From Chloroflexota bacterium (GTDB lineage: Bacteria; Chloroflexota; Dehalococcoidia; Lucifugimonadales; UBA3495): a DNA stretch of 64,000 nucleotides. Made by a program: the position numbers and the translations under genes. The DNA lies in NCBI GenBank assembly GCA_028875055.1, contig JAPPGG010000014.1, forward strand, positions 8,722 through 72,721. Direction: 5' to 3'. Under the pieces are notes generated by a model. That model was not told where the DNA came from and did no database searches. It was given only the letters and a program-made list of their open reading frames with translations. How positions within the stretch are numbered: the first letter of the stretch is position 1; each line of letters begins with the position of its first letter. Below are positions 49,342 to 55,592 of this stretch, one piece after another.

Positions 49342-50329
49342 CTGCGGGGCCTTTTTCAAAGGGAACGGACGCCGGCGGATCCACCCTGTCGGAAGCCGGT
49401 TCTGCTGCATTGTCCCCGGGAAGCAGCCAGTGGAACCAGGCCAGGGCCGACAAACCCACCGCCACAGCAAACCACAGGGTCGCAACCCGAACCAGCAGGG
49501 TACCGGTGGCAGCCACGTCCCTCGCCGACCCGCTCTGCTGCAGGAAAACCACCATCGCGCCTTCCGTACCCAGCAGGCCTCCCGGGAGCGTTGTTGCCGC
49601 TCCTGCCAGCACCGACCCCGCATAGATGGGCATGGAGAGAATGATGCTTATGTCTGCGTCCAGTCCCTTCAGCACAATCCACAGGGCTACTCCCTCGCTG
49701 ATCCAGGAAACCAGCCCCAGGGTCACGGCGACAAGCAGGGGCATTGGCCGGGACAAGACCTTCATCCCATCCCTGGCCTCCAGGGCCTGGTCCGCCCACT
49801 TCCTGATGACGGGCAACCGAATCAGGCGGTCGGTGTGCCGGGTGGTGAGAAAGTAGAGTGCCCCGCCAAGTACCACTAATGCGGCTGCCGATGCAATGGA
49901 AACCAGCGGGGGAAGCAAGGCGACGCCGATGAGCCCCATTAGGACAACCGACAGCAGGTCGGTCAGCCTTTCCATCAGGACAACCGGAACCGTGAGGGTT
50001 ACGGGCACTCCGCTCCGGCCCTTCAGGAGATAGCACTTGACCAACTCTCCCACCTTTCCGGGCGTAATGGTCATCGCCAGGCCGCTCAGGAAGACCAGAA
50101 GACTGACGGCAAAGGGAACGTCTATTCCCAGGGCTCTCAGATAATAAACCCACCGGAAAAATCGCAAAGAATAGTTGATCAGCGCCAGGGCCAGCGCAGC
50201 CAGCAAATACTTTACGGGAAACTCAACCAGCAGGCTGCCCACCTCCTGAAAGTCCCCGTAGCCAACCAGAGCAGCAAACACCAGGCAGGACAGGAGCCCC
50301 ACCAGGAAGAGCTTCCTGCCAATACCCAT
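49334..50329 (-). CDS. UPF0104 / lysylphosphatidylglycerol-synthase-TM-region (flippase-like) membrane protein
   Basis: 331 aa, polytopic. YSLRFFRWVYYLRALG and TPGKVGE motifs are typical of TIGR00374-type proteins. Confidence 0.7.
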   Translation of the reverse strand: MGIGRKLFLVGLLSCLVFAALVGYGDFQEVGSLLVEFPVKYLLAALALALINYSLRFFRWVYYLRALGIDVPFAVSLLVFLSGLAMTITPGKVGELVKCYLLKGRSGVPVTLTVPVVLMERLTDLLSVVLMGLIGVALLPPLVSIASAAALVVLGGALYFLTTRHTDRLIRLPVIRKWADQALEARDGMKVLSRPMPLLVAVTLGLVSWISEGVALWIVLKGLDADISIILSMPIYAGSVLAGAATTLPGGLLGTEGAMVVFLQQSGSARDVAATGTLLVRVATLWFAVAVGLSALAWFHWLLPGDNAAEPASDRVDPPASVPFEKGPADG

Positions 50330-50330
50330 T

Positions 50331-51083
50331 TCAGCTACCCATCAGGTTGATCTGGGCGGCCAGGTAGCCCGCCCCGAATCCGTTGTCGATGTTGACTGTC
50401 GCCACGCCCGGAGCGCAACTGTTCAGCATTCCCAGCAGGGCCGAAAGACCCTCAAAGCTTGCCCCATATCCCACACTGGTGGGAACCGCCACCACGGGAA
50501 CGGACACCAGACCCGCAATCACGCTGGCCAGCGCAGCCTCCATTCCGGCAACAACTACAATCACCCTGGCCTGCCGCAAATGTTCCAGGGAGCCCAGCAG
50601 GCGATGAAGCCCGGCAACACCCACGTCGCTGACTATCTGGGCAGGACAACCCATCAGCGTGGCAGTAATCCGGGCCTCTTCGGCTATTGGGAGATCGGCC
50701 GTACCGGCGGTCACGATCAGTACGCCTTCGGTGGCCGGCAAGGGGTTCTCGGTGGGAACTACGATTGTGCCGGACAAGGGATAATAGGCGGCCCGGGGAG
50801 TCCCTTCCAGTACGGCCAGGTGGGTTGACTCAGTGGTCTTGGTTACCAGAACCGGGTTTTCCCGGCCAGCCAGGGACTCGACGATGGCCGCCACTTGCTG
50901 CGGGGTTTTACCTCGCCCCAGCACGACTTCAGGGAATCCGGTTCGCAGCGGCCGGTGATGATCAATCTTGGCGAAGTCCAGGTCCTGATAGGGATAGTCC
51001 CGCAGATATTCCAGAAGGTCATCTACGCTGCTGTCACCCTGCCTCAGTTCTTCAAGCTTTCTGCGCAGTTCAAATACGGTCAT
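50331..51083 (-). CDS. larB: nickel-pincer cofactor biosynthesis protein LarB (PurE-like carboxylase/hydrolase)
   Basis: 250 aa. DLDFAKIDHHRPLRTGFPEVV and an AIR-carboxylase-like C-domain (GTADLPIAEEA...DVGVAGLHRL). Confidence 0.8.
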   Translation of the reverse strand: MTVFELRRKLEELRQGDSSVDDLLEYLRDYPYQDLDFAKIDHHRPLRTGFPEVVLGRGKTPQQVAAIVESLAGRENPVLVTKTTESTHLAVLEGTPRAAYYPLSGTIVVPTENPLPATEGVLIVTAGTADLPIAEEARITATLMGCPAQIVSDVGVAGLHRLLGSLEHLRQARVIVVVAGMEAALASVIAGLVSVPVVAVPTSVGYGASFEGLSALLGMLNSCAPGVATVNIDNGFGAGYLAAQINLMGS

Positions 51084-51190
51084 ATCAATTCATTGCAGAA
51101 CTCAGGAAATCGGGGTGAAGTTCAGGGGCTTGTCTTGATGTCGGAGAGACAAGACTATCCACCTCTTGAATGGGCCGGACTAAGAACAAG

Positions 51191-51952
51191 CTAGACCCCG
51201 TGGACCAGCAGCCTGGGCAGCACTACTTCCTCGATGGCAACCGCCAGTCCGTCATCCTCCACCCTGGGGGCTATATAGTGTGCCATGGCCTTCATTTCCT
51301 GTGGGGCCGAGGCCATGGCTATGCGGTAACCGGAGACCTCCAGCATGGGGAAGTCGTTGAAGCTGTCGCCGGCAGCAATAAAGTCGCTGGTATCCACGCG
51401 CATCAGGTCGGCCAGTTTCTGCGCCGAACGCCCCTTGTGGACACCCGAGGCAGTGAAATCCACGGCCCACCAGCCATTGTAGTGCAAATATACCTTGACG
51501 ATGTATATATCGTCGCAACCGTCAAATGCTTCTACGATTTCATCGGCCTTCGATTCGGGAATATCCATACCCGAAATCCTGGTCAGGTCCCAGTGGGAGA
51601 TGGCTGCAATGGACTCGGCGTCTCCCTGGGGATGGGTGGCGATGAATGGTATGCCATTCCGGTCCAGCAAATCTATTATGGCCCTGGCGCGCGCTTCGGG
51701 CATATGACTGTTCCAGATGTGCTGTCCGGAAACCGGATCCAGGATGGTTGCGCCGCCATTGCAAATCTGCGGCGCCTTCAGGCCCAGGCAGTTGGCATAG
51801 CGCCGTACATCCGAGGCACGACGTCCGGTCGCGATGGACACCGGGACGAACCGCTCAACCTTTCTGATGGCGCCCGCAACCCTTTCCGAAATAGTGTCGG
51901 TGGCCATCAGAGTGCCATCCAGGTCCACCAGCATTGCCGAATATTGGGACAT
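51191..51952 (-). CDS. Cof-type HAD-IIB family hydrolase
   Basis: LVDLDGTL motif I, SIATGR motif II and a C-terminal GDSFND motif; 253 aa. Confidence 0.75.
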   Translation of the reverse strand: MSQYSAMLVDLDGTLMATDTISERVAGAIRKVERFVPVSIATGRRASDVRRYANCLGLKAPQICNGGATILDPVSGQHIWNSHMPEARARAIIDLLDRNGIPFIATHPQGDAESIAAISHWDLTRISGMDIPESKADEIVEAFDGCDDIYIVKVYLHYNGWWAVDFTASGVHKGRSAQKLADLMRVDTSDFIAAGDSFNDFPMLEVSGYRIAMASAPQEMKAMAHYIAPRVEDDGLAVAIEEVVLPRLLVHGV

Positions 51953-52030
51953 ACAGCTACGTTATTCCCATCCGTCAGTGATGTGGTTCGAACCGCATTC
52001 GCCGCCGAGACCGGTACGTTGAAACACCGG

Positions 52031-52468
52031 CTAGTTGCCCTCCTGCGGTTGCCCCTCAGCAGCCTGCTGTGCCCGCTGCTGTTCCTTCAGGGCGTAGAAC
52101 ATGGCTCCCATGGTGCCCATGCTCCCAGTATAGAGGGTGAAAACCCCCGCTCCCAGCCAGGCCAAAACGGCAACCCTGGAATCGTCGAACATGGAGGTAA
52201 GGAGAAAGGCAACGACTGACAGCAACAAGCCCATGAGCAGGCCCAGCAGGCACCCAAACATGAGGCCGTGAAGCGCGTAGTGACGCCCCGGGTTGGGCGC
52301 GTACTGAATACCCCAGTAGCCCGCAATGAATGGCCCCGCTGGCGCCAGCACGAAATGGGCAATGGGGATGAGGAAACACCCCACCATAATGGCCAGCCCG
52401 ATCAATACTCCAACCAGCATGAATCCTCTATTTGAGCGCGTTTGGTCAAACGGTAGGAATTCTAACAC
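52031..52468 (-). CDS. hypothetical membrane protein
   Basis: Hydrophobic with about 4 TM helices. The start is uncertain: GTG 52468 or ATG 52420. I recognised no family. Confidence 0.5.
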   Translation of the reverse strand: MLEFLPFDQTRSNRGFMLVGVLIGLAIMVGCFLIPIAHFVLAPAGPFIAGYWGIQYAPNPGRHYALHGLMFGCLLGLLMGLLLSVVAFLLTSMFDDSRVAVLAWLGAGVFTLYTGSMGTMGAMFYALKEQQRAQQAAEGQPQEGN

Positions 52469-52560
52469 AGCTATAGGGACTTGTAATGGAAGCCATTACT
52501 TTTCCCCTGTGTGGGATGGTGCTATAATCCAATACGCTAAAAGGGTAGGAGGTAAACGTC

Positions 52561-52989
52561 ATGAAAATCCCCATGAAAGTGGACTATGGCGTGCGTGCCC
52601 TGGTGGAATTGGCGATGCGCTACGGGGAAGGGCAATTGCAGACCTCCGAAATTGCGTCCAAGCAGGGAATTCCTGAGTCCTACCTTGTCCAGCTGATGAC
52701 GACGCTCAACCGCTGCGGGCTCGTTCAGAGTCGAAGGGGGCCGCAGGGTGGCCACAAGCTGGCGATGGATCCCTCAACCATAGACCTGCACATGATAATG
52801 ACTACCCTGGACGGCAACATTTCTCCCCTGGACTGCCTCACTTACACTACCGACTGCATTTTTGCTGACTGCTGCGCCCAGCAGGAAATATGGAAGTCGG
52901 TAGAGGAAGCCATAGAAAACGTTCTCGCCAACATTACTCTCGAGCACCTGGCACAGAGGCAGAGGTATCTCTCGGCGCAGAACGTATAA
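52561..52989 (+). CDS. Rrf2-family transcriptional regulator (CymR/IscR-like)
   Basis: MKVDYGVRALVELA...SEIASKQGIPESYLVQLM...GPQGGHKL is the typical Rrf2 wHTH. C-terminal Cys residues are present (DCLTYTTDCIFADCC). Confidence 0.85.
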   Translation: MKIPMKVDYGVRALVELAMRYGEGQLQTSEIASKQGIPESYLVQLMTTLNRCGLVQSRRGPQGGHKLAMDPSTIDLHMIMTTLDGNISPLDCLTYTTDCIFADCCAQQEIWKSVEEAIENVLANITLEHLAQRQRYLSAQNV

Positions 52990-53084
52990 GCGCCTCTGAA
53001 ACCGACAGGGGTCTGGTGGCCTGATTACGGGCAATGCAAGGGGCCCGGAATCTGCGTGGATTGATCGTTCCCGTTTGTGACTGG

Positions 53085-53113
53085 TTGACAACAGATTCGC
53101 CCCGGAATAGACT
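53085..53113 (+). promoter_or_regulatory. candidate promoter TTGACA -17 nt- TAGACT driving the Cys leader / moeB-cysM transcript
   Basis: -35 at 53085-53090 and -10 at 53108-53113. The leader ATG is at 53125. Confidence 0.55.
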
Positions 53114-53124
53114 CTAGCTCAGCA

Positions 53125-53178
53125 ATGTATCGTATTCGACAAGAACGATTTTGCACGTGTACCTGTCCCCGCACATAG
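53125..53178 (+). CDS. putative Cys-codon leader peptide MYRIRQERFCTCTCPRT (attenuator leader ORF)
   Basis: I read it directly. ATG 53125 lies 12 nt after a TAGACT -10 box. There are three Cys codons within five positions (53152, 53158, 53164). The TAG stop overlaps the first G of a G-run that takes part in alternative hairpins ending in a U6 terminator. Confidence 0.5.
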   Translation: MYRIRQERFCTCTCPRT

Positions 53179-53205
53179 GGGGCTGGCTTACGGTAATTAA
53201 CGAGG

Positions 53206-53252
53206 CCTGCACCCGCCCAAGACGGGCAACCCACCAGGGGTGCGGGTTTTTT
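53206..53252 (+). terminator. attenuator terminator: CCUGCACCC / GGGUGCGGG stem followed by UUUUUU
   Basis: 53206-53214 pairs with 53238-53246 (9 bp including one G-U). An inner hairpin GCCC-AAGAC-GGGC sits in the loop, and T6 is at 53247-53252. It lies 137 nt upstream of the moeB-like ATG. Confidence 0.6.
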
Positions 53253-53340
53253 CTTGGCCCGCCTTGAAACGCCGACAGGCAGGGCAAAACGCCGCAGCGG
53301 ACGGCGGGTTTGCCAGCACCAAGTGGAATCGACTAAATGT

Positions 53341-53374
53341 CCGAATCCCTACAACAGCCGAATCCCTACAACAG
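53341..53374 (+). repeat. perfect tandem duplication 2 x 17 bp CCGAATCCCTACAACAG abutting the moeB-like SD
   Basis: Read directly at 53341-53357 and 53358-53374. The last G of the second unit starts AGGAGG. Confidence 0.9.
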
Positions 53375-53389
53375 GAGGATAGAGTCCTT

Positions 53390-54232
53390 ATGGCTCAGCA
53401 ACCGCTTGCATTGACTCCCGAACAGGTGAAACGTTACAGCCGCCACATAATCATGGGAGACGTGGGCAGCTCCGGACAGCGCCGACTGATGCAGTCCAAG
53501 GCCCTTATAGTTGGCGCCGGTGGACTAGGCTCTCCGTCAGCCATTTATCTGGCCCTGGCGGGCGTGGGAACGATCGGAATAGTGGATTTTGACGTGGTAG
53601 AGATTTCCAATCTGCAGCGGCAGATTCTCCACCACACCAGCGATATCGGCCGGCCAAAGCTCCAGTCGGCTATTGACAACATTCACGCCTACAACCCCGA
53701 CGTCAACGTCATTCCCCATGAGGAACGGCTGGAGTCGGACAACGCGATGGATATCATCGGCCAGTACGACCTGGTGATAAACGGCGCAGACAACTTCGCC
53801 ACCCGGTATCTGGTCAACGATGCCTGCTACCTGCTGAACAAGACGCTGGTGGACGGCAGCATCCTCATATTTGACGGTCAGGCGACCGTGTTCCAGCCTG
53901 GCCTGGGCTGCTACCGCTGCCTGTTCCCGTCTCCGCCTCCTCCGGGGATGGTACCCAACTGCGCGGAAGCCGGTGTACTCGGCGCCCTTACGGGCCTGGT
54001 TGGCAGCATCCAGGCTACGGAGGCCCTCAAGCACTTCCTGGGCATCGGAGAGAGCCTGACCTCCAGGCTGCTGCTGGTGGACGCCCTGAGCATGACCTTC
54101 CGCGAGGTCAAGCTCAAGCGCAATCCGGCCTGCCCCCTGTGCGGAGACAACCCTACGGTTACCGAATTGATTGACTACGAGATCTTCTGCGGACTGGAAG
54201 CGCCGGAAGTTGCGTTGATGGCCGACAACTAA
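53390..54232 (+). CDS. ThiF/MoeB/HesA-family E1-like adenylyltransferase
   Basis: RYSRHIIMGDVGSSGQRRLMQSKALIVGAGGLGSP, CYRCLFP, NCAEAGVLG and a C-terminal CPLCG. Start trimmed to ATG 53390, which follows AGGAGG. There is no rhodanese domain. Confidence 0.85.
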   Translation: MAQQPLALTPEQVKRYSRHIIMGDVGSSGQRRLMQSKALIVGAGGLGSPSAIYLALAGVGTIGIVDFDVVEISNLQRQILHHTSDIGRPKLQSAIDNIHAYNPDVNVIPHEERLESDNAMDIIGQYDLVINGADNFATRYLVNDACYLLNKTLVDGSILIFDGQATVFQPGLGCYRCLFPSPPPPGMVPNCAEAGVLGALTGLVGSIQATEALKHFLGIGESLTSRLLLVDALSMTFREVKLKRNPACPLCGDNPTVTELIDYEIFCGLEAPEVALMADN

Positions 54233-54285
54233 AGCTCGGCTGCTCACCTTAACAGCGCGGTAGAAGGCAGGAAAAAGCAAGGCAT

Positions 54286-55236
54286 ATGGTCACTCGCCTG
54301 GCATACAAGGGCATCCTGGCAACCATTGGAAATACGCCAATGGTAGAGCTGCAGCACCTCAGTCCCAAACCTGAGGTGCGTATCTTTGCCAAGCTGGAAG
54401 GCCAGAATCCCACCGGCAGCGTCAAGGACCGGATCGCCCTTAAAATGATTGAGCGGGCCGAGGCCGACGGGGAGATATCCCCGGACCGTACCATCCTTGA
54501 ACCCACCAGCGGCAACACCGGCATTTCGCTGGCCATGATCGGACGCCTGAAGGGCTACAAGGTCAAAGTGGTGATGCCCGAAAATGTCAGCGAGGAGCGC
54601 AGCCAATTGCTGCATGCCTACGGCGCGGAGATAGTTTTTTCCGACGGCGAGAAGGGCAGCAACGGGTCCATCGAAGTTGCCCAGGAAATGGCCGCTCAGA
54701 ATCCCCATGACTACCTGTTGATGTACCAGTACGGCAACCGGGGCAACCCTGACGCCCACTATGAAACGACGGGTCCGGAGATTATCGAAACCGTTCCGGA
54801 AGTCACCACTTTCGTAGCTGGCCTGGGTACCGGGGGAACTCTTATGGGGGTCGCCCGAAGCCTGCGGGAGCATAACCCGGACGTTCGTATAGTGGCGGTC
54901 GCCCCCGAGCCCGACGACTTCATATCCGGACTGCGCAGGTTGGAAGACGGTTATATCCCACCTATCCTGGATATCAATGTTCTGGATTCCAGACTGCTGG
55001 TGGGCAGCATGCCTGCCTTTCGCACAACCAAGGAACTGCTGCACCAGGAAGGCATATTTGCCGGCATTTCGTCCGGCTCAGTGGTTTACGGAGCGATGCG
55101 GCAGGCCGAACGAATGGACAGCGGCAACATAGTCTGCCTGCTGGCCGATGGCGGCTGGAAATACCTGAGCACCAGTTTGTGGACCAAGGAATACGAACAG
55201 CTGGAGGATGAAGTCCAGGGCAAGATCTGGTGGTAG
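54286..55236 (+). CDS. cysM: PLP-dependent cysteine synthase, CysM type
   Basis: IGNTPMVEL, NPTGSVKDR and EPTSGNTGISLA. The C-terminal tail DGGWKYLST...QGKIWW resembles, from memory, the actinobacterial CysO-thiocarboxylate/O-phosphoserine-dependent CysM. Confidence 0.85.
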   Translation: MVTRLAYKGILATIGNTPMVELQHLSPKPEVRIFAKLEGQNPTGSVKDRIALKMIERAEADGEISPDRTILEPTSGNTGISLAMIGRLKGYKVKVVMPENVSEERSQLLHAYGAEIVFSDGEKGSNGSIEVAQEMAAQNPHDYLLMYQYGNRGNPDAHYETTGPEIIETVPEVTTFVAGLGTGGTLMGVARSLREHNPDVRIVAVAPEPDDFISGLRRLEDGYIPPILDINVLDSRLLVGSMPAFRTTKELLHQEGIFAGISSGSVVYGAMRQAERMDSGNIVCLLADGGWKYLSTSLWTKEYEQLEDEVQGKIWW

Positions 55237-55336
55237 CTGGGATTGCCCATAGGAACGGCTCAGGTACATTAGCGCGGCCGAAATAACTGAAGAACGCAGC
55301 CATACAAAGGCTGGACAATATGATGCCAGGCAGGAT

Positions 55337-55377
55337 GAGCAGGTGCGGGTTACCAATTCGCACCTGCTCTGTTTTTT
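55337..55377 (+). terminator. rho-independent terminator after cysM
   Basis: GAGCAGGTGCG / CGCACCTGCTC is an 11-bp stem, followed by TGTTTTTT. Confidence 0.8.
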
Positions 55378-55456
55378 CCCCTCAACCGATGCAACCCTAC
55401 GGTCGTAATTTGGGTCCATAAACGGGTGTGCATATCTCACACCAACAGCTATTAAG

Positions 55457-55485
55457 TTGAAAGGGAAATCGGTCAATGTTATACT
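55457..55485 (+). promoter_or_regulatory. candidate nusA operon promoter TTGAAA -17 nt- TATACT
   Basis: -35 at 55457-55462 and -10 at 55480-55485. Confidence 0.6.
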
Positions 55486-55507
55486 GCCTCTGTGCTTTTT
55501 TGCGGGG

Positions 55508-55530
55508 AGCGGGTAATACCCGCTTTCTTG
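55508..55530 (+). terminator. short hairpin plus U-rich tract in the nusA leader (possible autoregulatory attenuator)
   Basis: AGCGGGT-AAT-ACCCGCT followed by TTCTTGC, about 20 nt downstream of the predicted TSS. Confidence 0.4.
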
Positions 55531-55592
55531 CTAGTTGGCACAGTGTTTATTTGTTCAGACTTTGAAATTCAGATTGAATTCAGCTTGGGAGG

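Noticed and set aside
48397-49623. Long N-terminal extensions suggested by the ORF track for several genes: UbiA 408 aa, groEL 579 aa, the moeB-like gene 330 aa, the binding protein 671 aa, infB 625 aa, and the GMC enzyme 536 aa.
   Set aside because: The extensions overlap upstream genes or lack family similarity. In each case an internal ATG/GTG with an SD coincides with the conserved family N-terminus.
53204-53246. A SAM-I/SAM-IV-like core (GGCAACCC-ACCA-GGGGUGC, preceded by GGGGGCUGGC) suggested a SAM riboswitch upstream of the cysteine genes. I also considered a Cys T-box.
   Set aside because: I could not build a P1 helix, a P2 kink-turn/pseudoknot or a P4. There is no T-box GGGUGGNACCGCG sequence. 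The same G/C runs are explained more simply as segments B, C and D of the leader-peptide attenuator. A cmscan run is still needed to exclude these formally.
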